This document shows, piece by piece, positions 14,480-26,845 of a stretch of DNA of 64,000 nt (position 1 is the stretch's first letter; each line of letters begins with the position of its first letter). The translations under genes were made by a program, and so were the position numbers. Source of the stretch: Eledone cirrhosa (taxonomy: Eukaryota). The DNA lies in the NCBI GenBank assembly GCA_964016885.1, contig OZ024741.1, positions 390,414,001 through 390,478,000 of the forward strand. The letters run 5' to 3'. The notes beneath the pieces were generated by a model that was not told the origin of the DNA, ran no database searches, and saw only the letters and a program-made list of their open reading frames with translations.

Positions 14480-16437
14480 TAAGAATTGAGGCACTGATAA
14501 AGGTGATCCCATCATCCTGGCAGGCGACTTCAACAGACATGTGAGGCAGTACCAGAATGGATTCAGTGGAGTTCATGGCAGCTAGGTTATGGCTCAAGAA
14601 ATGAAGAGAGATTGAGGCCCTTGAATTCTGTGATGCAAATTAACCAGCCATTTGCAACACAAATTTCAAGAAACCAGCCAGTCAGCCACCTGATTTTATA
14701 TCAATCAGGTGAACACACAAGCCAAATTGATTACTTACTTGTTAGACAACAAGATAAACCGTTTGTAATAAATACTAAGGCCTTCCCTGGGGAAGAATGC
14801 ACTGCCCAACACAAGTTAGTTATTAGTGACATCAAATTAAACATAAGACAGAAAAAGATATGCAGGAAAACATGGAGACAGAGGGTTTGGAAGCTAAAGG
14901 ACCTTTCAGTTAAATATAAATTTTAAAAGGCCCTATAAGATGCACTTAATGAGAGAAGTGATAACACAAACATAAATTGTTACAAGGTCAAAGGAGTAAC
15001 TATAGAGGAATAAAACTAATGGACCAAGTTATGAAAGTGATGGAAAGAGTTATAGCACAACTATAAGTCAAATTAGACAAGATGTAGTTTGATTTCATGC
15101 CTGGGAAAAGTACTACAGATGCCCTCTTTTATGTGAAACACAAGAGAAGTTCCTAGCCAAAGATAAACCACTATACCTGGTGGTCCTTAAGGAAATTAGG
15201 TGCAGAAAAATGGTTGGTGAGAGCAGTGTAAGTCATGTACAGAGAAGCTGTCAGTAAAGTGAAGTGAGTTTAGTGAGGAATTCAAGGTGCAAATATAGGA
15301 GTTAATCAGGGTTTAGTTCTTAGCCCACTATTATTCATTATAGTTCTCCAGGCTATAACAGTTTAAGACTGGCTGCCCATGAGAACTTCTCTATGCAGAT
15401 GATCTGTTCCTTATACCCAAATCTATTAAAGATCTAGAAAATAAGTTCCAACTATGGAGACAGAATTTAGAATCCAAAGGTCTGATCACAAACTTAGCCA
15501 AAACTAAAGTGCTAGTGAGTAGGAGAAAAGATAGGACCCTGATTCTTTCAGGGAAGTTGCCCTGCTCAATATGCAGAAAGGGAGTAGGCATAAACTCCAT
15601 TTAATGTACAGAATGTAAATCTTGGGTGGACAAGAGATGTAGTGGGATAATGAGTAGACTAACTAAGGAAGGGAAGACTTTGTATGTGGAAGATGCACAG
15701 GGGTAACTGAGGGGAAGAGAGCCAGTGATGTAAACCTATTCCAGTCACAGGAAGGATGCGCAGAAGTGGTTGATAGCTTCTATTATCTAGGTGACGTAAT
15801 TAGCAATGGAGGGTGCTCTGAGAACATGATAGCTAGAATAAGGATAGGATGGAAAAAGTTCAGAGAGCTACTCCCACAAAAGGTTTCTTCCGACATACCA
15901 AACGATGACTGTATGACACCTGTGTGTGAAGTACAATATTGCATGGTAGTGAAACATGGGCTGTGTCTGTGGAAAACATGTGATGCTACATGGTAGTGAA
16001 ACATGTGGTGCTACATGGTAGTGAAACATGGGCTGTGGCTGCAGAAGACGTGTAGACTGGAGAGAAATGAAGTAACTATGCTCTGTTGGATGTGCAATGT
16101 AAGTGTGAGAGAAATACAGAGCTTGGACGAGTTGAGGAAGAAGCTGGGTTTAAGAGGAATCTGAGATGGTGTGCAGGAGAGATGACTGTTGGTATGGTGA
16201 TGTGAAGAAGTGTCAGGAAATGCCAGTGGAAGGAAGCCACAGTAGAGGTAGACAAAGAAAGAATTGGCCAGAGATTGCGAGAGCTGACCTCAAATCACTG
16301 AGACTCAGAGAGGTGATGACGAAGGAACATGACAAGTGGAAAAGGATTCATTCAACCTATGCAAGTATTGAAGAACAAACTTAAAAACGGTGATGATGAT
16401 AATATATATATATTGATGATGATGATGATGATGATGA

Positions 16438-16440
<3 letters not shown>
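14480..16440 (+). mobile_element. Degraded, internally deleted RTE LINE
   Basis: Endonuclease remnant (YQSGEHTSQIDYLL) joined to RT remnant (YADDL, FYYLGD); many stops; (GAT)n tail. Confidence 0.9.
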
Positions 16441-16479
<39 letters not shown>

Positions 16480-16481
<2 letters not shown>

Positions 16482-16701
16482 GCTGGTCACATTTCGCAAC
16501 TCAGTGACAACAGATGGATGATCAAAGTGACAGAGTGGACATCAAGAAAATGTACAAGATCAAAAGGATGTCCAATGTCAAGATGGCAAGACGACCTCAC
16601 CAACCACCTGGGAGCCTCATGGCCAAGACTGGCAAGGGACAGAAGTCGGTGGAAAGAGTCCAGGGAGGGGTTCCTCCTCGGTGAGTGATTTCAAGATCAA
16701 G
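16480..16701 (+). mobile_element. 3' fragment of a different RTE family
   Basis: WAGHISQLSDNRWMIKVTEW...SRWQDDL...LARDRSRWK; flanked by (TA)n. Confidence 0.85.
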
Positions 16702-16712
16702 GATATATATAT

Positions 16713-17886
16713 ATCATCATCATCATCACTGTTTTACGTCCGTTCTTCCACGCTAGCATGGGTTAGACGGGTTGTCCTGTTGTGGGCAGTGTCCGGTCGG
16801 CTGACCTTGTCTTGCTCATACGGCAACTGATTTTGGCTTGATTTCTACAGCAGGATGCCCGTCCTAACACCAACCTCATTTGAGTGCTGGGTGCTTTTTT
16901 TCCGTGGCGCCTACACGTCCACTTTATAGTGTGGGCTGGGTGCTTTTTTTCCGTGGCGCCTACACATCCACTTTATAGTGTGGGCTGGGTGCTTTTTTTC
17001 CGTGGCGCCTACACGTCCACTTTATAGTGTGGGCTGGGTGCTTTTTTTCCGTGGCGCCTACACGTCCACTTTATAGTGTGGGCTGGGTGCTTTTTTTCCA
17101 TGGCGCCTACACATCCACTTTATAGTGTGGGCTGGGTGCTTTTTTTCCGTGGCGCCTACACGTCCACTTTATAGTTTGGGCTGGGTGCTTTTTTTCCGTG
17201 GCGCCTACACGTCCACTTTATAGTGTGGGCTGGGTGCTTTTTTTCCGTGGCGCCTACACGTCCACTTTATAGTGTGGGCTGGGTGCTTTTTTTCCGTGGC
17301 GCCTACACATCCACTTTTCAGTGTGGGATGAGGTGGTGCATACTTTATATAGGCTTTAGCTTCAGCCTGTGCCTGTGGGAATTCAGTTCTGTATTACTGC
17401 ATAACACCAGAGATCTCAGTCCTGTGTCATCACCTTTAAGAGGTGCAATTGGGCATGGTTGGCTTTTATCACTTTATCCCAAGTCTTCCTGGGTCTCCTC
17501 ACTCCAAGGCTTCCATTGACTTTCAGCGCTCTGCACCTTTTTATGCAGCTATCATCCTTCATACGCATCACATGTCCATACCAACGTAATCTCCTCTCTT
17601 GCACACAGCATTTGATTCCCCTTATGCCTAGTTTCTCTCTCAGCTCGTTTATTCTTTGCTGTTCATGTATATTACTATTACAGATCTATCGGGGCATGCA
17701 AGCTTCATTTCTTTCCAATCTATACAAGTCTTCTGCACACAGTGCCCAGGTCTCACTACCATGCAACATTGCTGTTTGTATGCATGCATCTTACAGTCTG
17801 CCTTTCATTCAGAGAGAAAAGCCTTTTGTAGCCAGCAGTGGTAGTAGCTCCCTGAACTTCTTCCATCCCGTTCTTACTCTAAGCCA
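16713..17886 (-). mobile_element. RTE LINE family A 3' fragment with expanded 3' UTR array
   Basis: Minus strand RVRTGWKKFRELLPLL, QERRLRWYGHVMRM; (GAT)n tail near 16713-16727. Confidence 0.93.
16885..17324 (-). repeat. 49-bp tandem repeat, about 9 near-identical copies, inside an RTE 3' UTR
   Basis: Unit gtgctttttttccgtggcgcctacacgtccactttatagtgtgggctgg starting at 16891, 16940, 16989 and so on. Confidence 0.95.
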
Positions 17887-17899
17887 TGTGCCTTCACAC

Positions 17900-17947
<48 letters not shown>

Positions 17948-17949
<2 letters not shown>

Positions 17950-18350
17950 GCAGAGAATATGAGATGGTTGGAGAGAAATGATGCAAGCATGCTCCGTTGG
18001 ATGTGCAATGTCAACGTGCATGAACAACCAAGCATAGATGAGTTGAGAGTGAAACTGTGTATAAGAGGAATAAACTGTAGTGTGTGGGAGAGAAGACTGC
18101 GTTGGTATGGACATGTGATGCGCATGGAAGATGACCGCTGGGTAAAGAAGTGCCAGGAAATCCCGGTGGAAGGAAGACGCAGTAGAGGAAGACCACAAAA
18201 AACATGGGCGGAGGTGGTAAGAGTTGACCTCAGATTGCTGAAGCTCACAGAGGAGATGACAAGGGACCATGACAAATGGAGAGATGTTGTGCTGAACAGG
18301 ACCCATCCGACCCTTGCAAGCAGGGAAAAGCGGGCGTAAAATAATGATGA
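17948..18350 (+). mobile_element. RTE LINE family B 3' fragment
   Basis: ORF 17959..18339 nearly identical to 13751..14131; begins right after (TA)n. Confidence 0.95.
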
Positions 18351-18719
18351 ATGGGAAGAACCAACGCAAGGCAGCTGTTAAGACAGCAATATGCCGCCAA
18401 TGACAGCGTCAGGTAAGATTTACCCGAAAGGATAGAAATCAGTGGCTAGAAGTGTGTTGACCTGCAGAAGTGATAGGATGACAGGAAAAAGGGAAGAAAA
18501 TGGACAAGATAAGGTCACACAAATATTTAAATACAATCATCAGCTTTTAGACTGCCTGTAGTTTAGATGATTTAACTAAAAGTACCACGTAAAATAGACA
18601 GCTCCTACAACAGTGAAATAAATATTTCTGTTGGTATGATGTTTGTGTGAGAAACGAACAGATTAGATAGATAGATAGATAGATAGACAGGTCAGAGAAA
18701 GAGAAAAATAAAATGCATC

Positions 18720-19900
18720 CACTCGTCATCAGGTTGCTGTTAGAAATGACAACAAAGACTCAGGCTGCAGAGGTGGTAACAAGTTGAAGTGATGAGTAAG
18801 AGTGGTGGGTATAAGAAAGGGAGAAGGAATGAAAAGAAGCAGTAAGAGTGGGGGGAGAGAGAGAAAGAATGAACGGGAGAAAAAGGATGAAGGAAAGAAA
18901 TAGCCAACAAACCTCAGTCATGGTACCCGTCTAAAATAGAAGGCTACAATAGTTGCGATAAAATATAAACAAAGGAATCTCGCATACCTAGTTAGAAGCG
19001 CAAGTGTATTAGAATTCATAGTTCTTCCCATTATTCAAACTCGATATTCAAAATACCTTTGTTTATATTTTATCACAGCTATAGTAGCTTTTTATTTTGG
19101 ACAGATACCATGCCAGAGGTTTGAAGGCTATTTCTTTCCCTAAACCTTTTTTTCCCTTCTTTGCATGGGTCCCACACCAGAGCTATATAGTTGGTACATC
19201 AACAACTGTATTGGCAGTACCTCACTCACCTGAGAACAGCTCAACTCCTTCCTCTCCTTCTTCTTCTCCTACCACCCTACCCTCGACTTCACCACCTCCA
19301 TCTCCTCCACTTCCTCAACGTCTCTCTTTCTATCGACCACTCCTATTCTTTCTTCATCACCTCTGCCTTTTTTTAATTCCCACTCCTACCTTGATTTCAC
19401 ATCCTCGCACCCCACACACCAAACACTCCATCTACTCCCACACACAATACCATTGCCACCCTACCTTCCCTCCTACCTACCACCCGTCCACCTTGCCTCT
19501 CCAGAGAATGAACCTCCGTCTCTTTTGCAGCGTCCAGTCGGACCCCTCCACCTCCGCCATTCTCCACCTTCCACCCCACACCTCCTTCAAGTGTGCATGC
19601 AACCTTTGTAAACTCCTCGGTTGCAGTTCACTTCCCTCGTCCCACTCCTCTCCTGAATCCCATCCCTGCTCCCAAACCCACTTCCACACTTGTCCTTTCT
19701 TCTCTGACATCACCACTCTCACCAGACCCACCAGCTGAACTTTCCACATTAAAGGCTCCTTACATGGCACCTCCACAAGCCTCATAGGGCATAGTAGTAA
19801 TCTATATTGGCCAAACCAGCTATCTTTTGGCAGACAGATTTTCTGAGCACCTCCGGGACATCTGACTGGGCAACCCATCTCCCATCGCCTGACACCCCAT
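18720..19900 (+). mobile_element. Degraded Penelope-like element with inverted terminal repeat
   Basis: Frameshifted RT C-terminal remnants (HSYLDFTSSHP, TYHPSTLPLQ) and GIY-YIG remnant IYIGQTSYLLADRFSEHLRDI (about 19799-19863); 84-bp inverted arms at 18892-18975 and 19056-19139. Confidence 0.8.
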
Positions 19901-20234
19901 GAACCACTTCACAATTACTGCCAAACTCCTCCACCAACACATGGATACACTAACATACCATCATAACTGCACATGATCACATACATACACACACAGCCAG
20001 CCAACACTACCAATACTCACACCTTTTCCACTTATTATAACTAACACCAAGCAACATAACTAACTCACCCCACCACAAACACAAACGCACACACACACAC
20101 ACATATGTCTCCGGGCTACCATGTAAACACTCCTCTTTATTTGAGGCATGGAAAACCAAAACCAACACAAATCCATCTCCCACTCTCCTCCCCGAGCCTG
20201 CATCCTCTTTTTCCCACCTCTCTTCCAGTGAACT

Positions 20235-21090
20235 CCATAACTTCAGAGTTGGTACCGTGAACATAGGCACATTGAAAGGACAACTGAACAAAACAAAGTT
20301 GATGTATGATGTGTACATAAGACTAGATAGAGGCAGAGGGGTCAACTACATTCGTTGTAGGCAAAAAACAATTCTACAAATTTTTCGGGGTGGATAATGA
20401 CAATGAGCTGGGTGGAGTAGAGATTATGTTAACAGAAAAATGAGTAGATACGGCAATTGCCATAAATAGAGTGAACAACAAAATCATTAAAATTAAACTT
20501 GTTCTAAATAGAACAACGATGTCAAGTATATCTACTAATGCACCCAAGTCTGGTCTACCAGATGTTATAAAAGACAGGTTCTATGAGTCCCTAATGCACA
20601 CTACTGCTCAAATAACAATCATTGTTGGTGACTTTAATGGGCATTTTGGATAAAACTGTGATGGCTATGATGGGATCCATGGAAATTATGGAAGGTTTCA
20701 GGATCCTGGAGTAATACAGAAGGCATGCCTTCCCATGTGCAGAGATTCAAATATACATCTATTAGGTACCCCATAACCACTATATCCCACCAATACATTT
20801 CCCACACCCCAACACCCACCCACCCACTTCTGTCCACACCACCCTTACACTGTAAAGTCATGTTGGTATCACAAAAAAGCACTCAGCCCACACTGTAAGG
20901 TGGTTATGTAGGTGTCATGACAAAAAGCACTCAGCACACACTGTAAAGTGGTCATGTAGGTGTCACGAAAAAAATTACCCAGTCCACACTGTAAATGTGG
21001 TCATGTAGGAGTCACGACAAAATCCACCCAGCCCACACTTAAATGTGGTCATGTAGGAGTCATGACAAAAAGCACCCAGCCCACACTCTC
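20235..21090 (+). mobile_element. Internally deleted RTE family A: endonuclease 5' part joined to the 3' UTR repeat array
   Basis: NFRVGTVNIGTLKG and APKSGLPDVIKDRFYE match 60449-60830; 20820-21090 matches the 3' UTR repeats. Confidence 0.8.
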
Positions 21091-21360
21091 TAGTATCAAG
21101 TGTTTCTGTCAACCAGATAAAAGAAAATGAGCACTCTATGTTAAATTAAGCTTTGAAACCTTGGGTAGATGTAGGAGCTAGAGGATTCGTTAGAACCAAG
21201 GTTGACTCGCTCCTCGGGGGCCTTGGACTCGCATCCCCACATTTAGTTCAAAAGAGAAGATGGTGTGCTTGACACATTGAGGTGGATAGAGATGTCTCGC
21301 TCAGGATCATAACACTAGACTCTGCTTGTTTTTTAATTTAAAAAAATAAGCAGTAACCAG

Positions 21361-21430
21361 GAAGACAATCCCTGATTTGTCTGAAGACAATCCCTGATTT
21401 GTCTGAAGACAATCCCTGATTTGTCTGAAG
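21361..21430. repeat. 22-bp tandem repeat x3 (GAAGACAATCCCTGATTTGTCT)
   Basis: Direct exact copies. Confidence 0.9.
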
Positions 21431-21799
21431 CCCCATGATAATGGATTATAAATCTGAAAAATGTTGGGACTAATAAATTAGCAGGAAAACTGAACAAAGA
21501 GGTGACGATCAGTGACCAGCACGGCATAGCTTCTAATCGGGCCGTTTCTTTACAAATGAATCAAACATTATTATTGATGTTCGATGTGACCCATATGTAC
21601 ATATGTATATGTGTGTGTATGTATGACGGCGATGAATTTGTTTTGCGAGGTTTTTATATGAAATTGTGTGTCAAAACAGATATTGTTATACTTGGGGGAG
21701 AGTTATATTGTTGTAATATTGCCAGAAATAATAACAGAACACACTGTTTGGTTGGTTTTCGCTTCTGTATCTTTTATATCTACATAGTTAATGTGTGCA

Positions 21800-21851
<52 letters not shown>

Positions 21852-22438
21852 TGTGTATACTTACATTGTCATTCCTTTCCTTTTCCTCCTTCTCCCACTT
21901 TCTGTCTTTTCCCTCATCACTCTCAATTCCCTTCCGACTTGTTGTCTTAGTATTTCTATAACCCACCTGCATTGTACGGCTTTCTAAACATACCCACTTT
22001 TCAATATATATATATATGTGTGTGTGTGTGAAAGGTAGATAGAATGTGTGTGTGAGAGAGAGAGAAGGGGGGATGGCTTCAAGGTGTTTTAAGATATTAA
22101 AAACAATATATATAATAGAAAATATAAACATTTTTTAGAGTGTGCCGGAAGTGCATTTAACAATGAGTAAATAAGCAAGCAAAAATACGATGAAGATGGA
22201 AAATTTAACATATAACAAAACAGAACTTGCATTAATACAACAGGGTACAAGATGGGGTTGAAGGCAATATATCACTTTAACATTATAAAGAGATAGCAGA
22301 GGAGTAGCGAAATAAATGTTTAAAACAAAATATTTCTCCAGCAGAAAAAAAAAAAATTTTTTTTAGTTTTAAATTTTAAATAAAGGGAGAGAGTTAATAT
22401 TAAAGAAATATAATTGTATTAAGGTCATTAACACTAAC

Positions 22439-22695
22439 CACTTCATCTGGGTGGTCATCTAGGTTGCTCGCCATCACATGGATAGCAGATTCTCTAATGA
22501 TGGACTGTGCAGCCCGCAACACGTTGGGGTCCGTGTCATAATTATCTTGCGCCTCCAAAGCACTGGCATATGATGTTTCTGTACTACTGCTCCCTTTCTT
22601 CAGGGGAGAAACTTTATCAGGAGTTCCAGACAAAGGAGAGGTACCTGCCAGTGTGCCAGCCTCACTGGAACTGAACGGTGCAAAAGACTGGGAAT
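22439..22695 (-). CDS. Probable coding exon of the host gene: (D)SQSFAPFSSSEAGTLAGTSPLSGTPDKVSPLKKG...ASNLDDHPDEV
   Basis: Acceptor ggcttctcttccag (phase 1); open frame of ORF 22400..22723; donor GTG|gttagt after 22439 (phase 0); read-through would end at TAA 22400. Confidence 0.75.
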
Positions 22696-23194
22696 CTGGA
22701 AGAGAAGCCAATGGCGCAAGCACTCAGTGGAAGAGATTAAAAGAGGAGGAATACCTTAGGAATAAAGAGCTGCTTTATCAATCAACTCTGTAGTGTTACA
22801 ACACCAAATCATTATAGTTATTACAAAAAAAAGGTTAAACAAAGGTAAATATAAAAAATAAATAAACAAAAATGGTAGATAACTGCACCTTTTTGACATG
22901 TCAAATCATATTATATTCTTTGGCAGTGAGGAAAATATATTTTGTGGGTGTTAATTTCTTCAAATTATAGATTTTGTGAATTCTTTTTTTTTTATATATA
23001 TATAACAGAAAATAAGTATAAAAGTGAAGGTCAAAAGTATTTACTTCTAACAAAGTTTGATAATGAATATCCACATCCAACCTTAGTCCTTATTGTAATA
23101 TCCCGAGGTAAAATATGATTCATATCAGGGCAGCTAATACGGAAGTCAGCTAAGTTATATATTTACAATATATCATACAAACATTACCTCACAC

Positions 23195-23720
23195 AATTAT
23201 ACAACACACTAACACTACCTATCTTACATCAAACTACCACACAACACACTAACTACCACACAACACACTAACTACCACACAGCACACTACCTATCTCACA
23301 TCAAACTACCACACAACACACTACCTATCTCACATCAAACTACCACACAACACACTACCTATCTCACATCAAACTACCACACAACACACTAATTACCACA
23401 CAACACACTAACTACCACACAGCACACTACCTATCTCACATCAAACTACCACACAACACACTAATTACCACACAACACACTAACTACCACACAGCACACT
23501 ACCTATCTCACATCAAACTACCACACAACACACTAACTACCACACAACACACTAACTACCACACATCACACTACCTATCTCACATCAAACTACCACACAA
23601 CACACTAACTACCACACAGCACACTACCTATCTCACATCAAACTACCACACAACACACTAACTACCACACAGCACACTACCTATCTCACATCAAACTACC
23701 ACACAACACACCAACACCTC
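23195..23720. repeat. Minisatellite of interleaved 34-bp and 19-bp units (CACACTACCTATCTCACATCAAACTACCACACAA / CACACTAACTACCACACAA)
   Basis: Direct tandem copies. Confidence 0.92.
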
Positions 23721-23965
23721 TACATGTTACTATACATCATACCAATACAGCTACTTGCTATCATACAGACAACATACCAACGTTGTTTGATAGTAACATG
23801 AAATACTCGATCATTTCTGACTATTGAACAACATACCATATCTTTACAACACTGTGGTATTACATACAGCATGCTAGTTACATTTTTCATTATCAAATTC
23901 AAAAGATTCACTTGAAGATACTTTCATCCTTAGTAACCGGTTAAGTTGACCATATAATATTTTAC

Positions 23966-24017
<52 letters not shown>

Positions 24018-24019
24018 TT

Positions 24020-24285
24020 AGGCACCAGTCTGAGCAGAACCTCAGCCATGCCCAGCGGACAAAATGGCAAAGGCATGACTGCGGAGAGTGCCAGAGACAT
24101 CCGCTGCAATGGCTACCCCACTTCACGGGGGTCCCTCCTCAAGCGGCCTGCCATCTTTCCAATTTTATGGAAGAAATCAGCAACGTGGGGACCAAGGACA
24201 CCAGAGGTCTTGACGGAGACCAGTACAACGAGAAAGTGGCTGGTTAGGCCTTGGTATTTAACTATTTTCCTCTCCTCTGCACATC
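24020..24285 (-). mobile_element. 3' fragment of a CRE-like (restriction-like endonuclease) non-LTR retrotransposon
   Basis: AEERKIVKYQGL...VSVKTSGVLG...RDPREVG*PLQRMSLA resembles the C-terminal region after the endonuclease in animal CRE elements; abuts (CA)n. Confidence 0.65.
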
Positions 24286-24789
24286 TTCGTAAAATAAAAT
24301 TATATAAGTGTTTAAAACTGCTTACAAAAAATAATATATATATATCTTGCCTCATCCACTCCTTAAATTGTTCAACTGATATTTCTATATAGTAGTGGGT
24401 TGAGCAAGTTAGACAAGCTATACATTAACATATGTTGTATCACCTAAGATCACAAGGAGGGATCTGTAACTTGATCTGCTAAAAACAACAGCAAAATCTC
24501 CCTTAAACTGTACCCTATTAGCTTAAAAAGAGAAATGATATATTGAAAAATGTAATCTAACATTAAATAACAATTAATTACTGGGAAAAAAATAGGTGGG
24601 GGTAAGTCACCACTTGTAGGTAGAGTCTAAAATGTGCGTATGTGTCACGGCAGCAGTGTCCAAAATATTTGGACTGTATTCTAATGTAGGATGCATCAAA
24701 AAAGACCACTCTTTTCATTCACAGATATCTGTGTGGAAGATACAGTAGTAAGAGCAGCAGTTAAATAAACTCTTTCGAATCAAAGGATG

Positions 24790-25392
24790 GCTAAATAGAA
24801 GTAGTTGATAGCTTCTGTTACCTAGGTGACCAAACTAGTAATAGAGGAGAACACTTTGAAAACAGTAACAAGAATAAAAATGGAGTAGATAACATTCAGA
24901 GAGTTACTACCAAAAACATTCTGTCTCCAAGCAAAGAGCAGATTATATGATGCTTGCATATGAGGTGTAATATTGCATGGTAGTGAGTGAAACATGGGCT
25001 TTTAATACATAGGTGGTGTGGAAGTTAGAAAGAAATGATGCTAGCATGCTCTGTTGGACATGTAATGTGCATGAATGACAAAATAGAGATAGTTGAAGGC
25101 AAAACTGGGCAAAATGGGAATTAGACATAGTGTGCAAGAGAGAAGATTGCACTGGGACAGACACATGATGAGTATAGATGATAATAGTTGAGTGAAAAAG
25201 TACCAGGAGTTGCAAATGGAAGGAAGATGCAGAAGAGGAAGACCACAAGAAAAACCCAGGACAGAAGGAACGACAGTTCGTTATAGAATATTTAACTTCA
25301 CAGAGATGATAAAAGAACTGAACAAATAGAGGAAACCTACGCTGGAGAAGGCTCATCCATGTAAGCATGGAAAAATATGCATACAATGATTA
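24790..25392 (+). mobile_element. Old RTE LINE 3' fragment
   Basis: DSFCYLGDQ, LERNDASML, GRCRRGRP remnants. Confidence 0.85.
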
Positions 25393-26586
25393 TATCATCA
25401 TCGTTTAACATTCACTTTCTCTGTAAGCAAGGGTTGGATGCATCTACATAAAGAAGATCGGCGCTGAAGTGGGGATACTGACCCTCAAGACATGTTGAGG
25501 GGTCTGGATCTTGCTTACATACAATCATGTTTTATCGAATGCAGAGAAGTTGTCATGTTGTTTGAAACAAACTGAAAGGTCCTCCCAATCCTTTGTATGA
25601 CAAGCCTTCTATGGCTGGATGCCCTTCCTATCACCAAACACTTTACAGAGTGTACTGGGTGGATTTCTCATGTAGATCACTAACACTAGAGGGGTTGTTA
25701 TGTCTTTGACACAACTGAAGGGTCCTCTCAACCCTTTTAGGTATAGTCTATACAGCAGGGTGTCCTTCCTGTTACCAACACACACACATGATGACAGACT
25801 TCAGCAGCTTTCTTGATTTGGCAAATTTCACTGACAAGGTAATAGTTGAGTAGAGGTTGTTAGAAGACAGGTGTGTATAGTGTCATACAGTGGGAGCAAA
25901 ACCAGAACTACATGGTTGTGAATAAACTTCTGAACCATATACTATGCTTACATTCATATACCCCCACCCCCAAAGGAAACTGAAATATTAACCAAACTAT
26001 TCAATGTTAATATTTTGATGTTAGCAAAGAGGTGATGGTACTGTTATTTAGTCTCAGGTAGGTCCTGATCAAGCTAACACCACCTCGTCATTCTTTATCA
26101 AGCATCATGTAACTAATAATACATTTTCCAATGAAGAATTAAATACCATCAAATGGTGGTGGATTGGCAATATTGGTAGAGCATTGGACAATATGCCTTG
26201 TGACATAGAGTTGCGGCTCTTTACATTCTGAGTTCAAACCCTGCCAAGGTTAGCTCTGTCTTTCATCCTTACGGAGTCAATAAAATAAAGTGCCAGAAAC
26301 ACACTGGGATCAATTTAATTGACTTTCACCTGCCCCCAAAAATTGTTGGTTTTGTACCTAAGTCAGGAATCAGTATTAGATACCATCTTTTTTTAAGATA
26401 AGATGTGATTTAAGGGAAACGTGGTTGCTATTTCTTCCAAGTCAAGTGATCATGAAGAAGTTACCTCATTAACAAAGAAGTGCATTGAGTAGTAGAAAGA
26501 GCAGAGACAATAGAAAACTGAATTATATCATCATCAACAACATTTAACATCTGTTTTTCCTGCTAGCAAGGGTTGGATTATATATA

Positions 26587-26845
26587 TAGGTTGTTTCAAA
26601 AAATGAAATACCATTTGAGATGTAAATATCCCAGAAACTACCACAATATATTGTGAATTAGTGTTATAATGTTGACAAATTTTGAGGAATAAATCCTATG
26701 TTCTTCAACATTAAGCTTGCTCAGTCTTGTTGTTCTAGACTTTGTAGTTTCTGGGGATATTTACTTCTCAAAGAATATCTAATTTTTTGAAACACACAGA
26801 AACTACCACTATATATTGTGAATTCAGTGTTTTTGAAACACCCTG
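26587..26845. mobile_element. Tc1/mariner-type MITE
   Basis: Ends taggttgtttcaaaaa and tttttgaaacaccctg flanked by TA; internal inverted segments. Confidence 0.55.

Noticed and set aside
16885-17324. CRISPR-like regular array
   Set aside because: No unique spacers and no cas genes; contiguous tandem units inside a LINE 3' UTR
19097-19738. 213-aa Pro/Ser-rich ORF as a host gene
   Set aside because: Mosaic of frames through a frameshifted, C-rich Penelope relic
21361-21430. CTGAAGA hammerhead-like cores in a 22-bp tandem repeat
   Set aside because: No GAAA or three-way junction; simple tandem repeat
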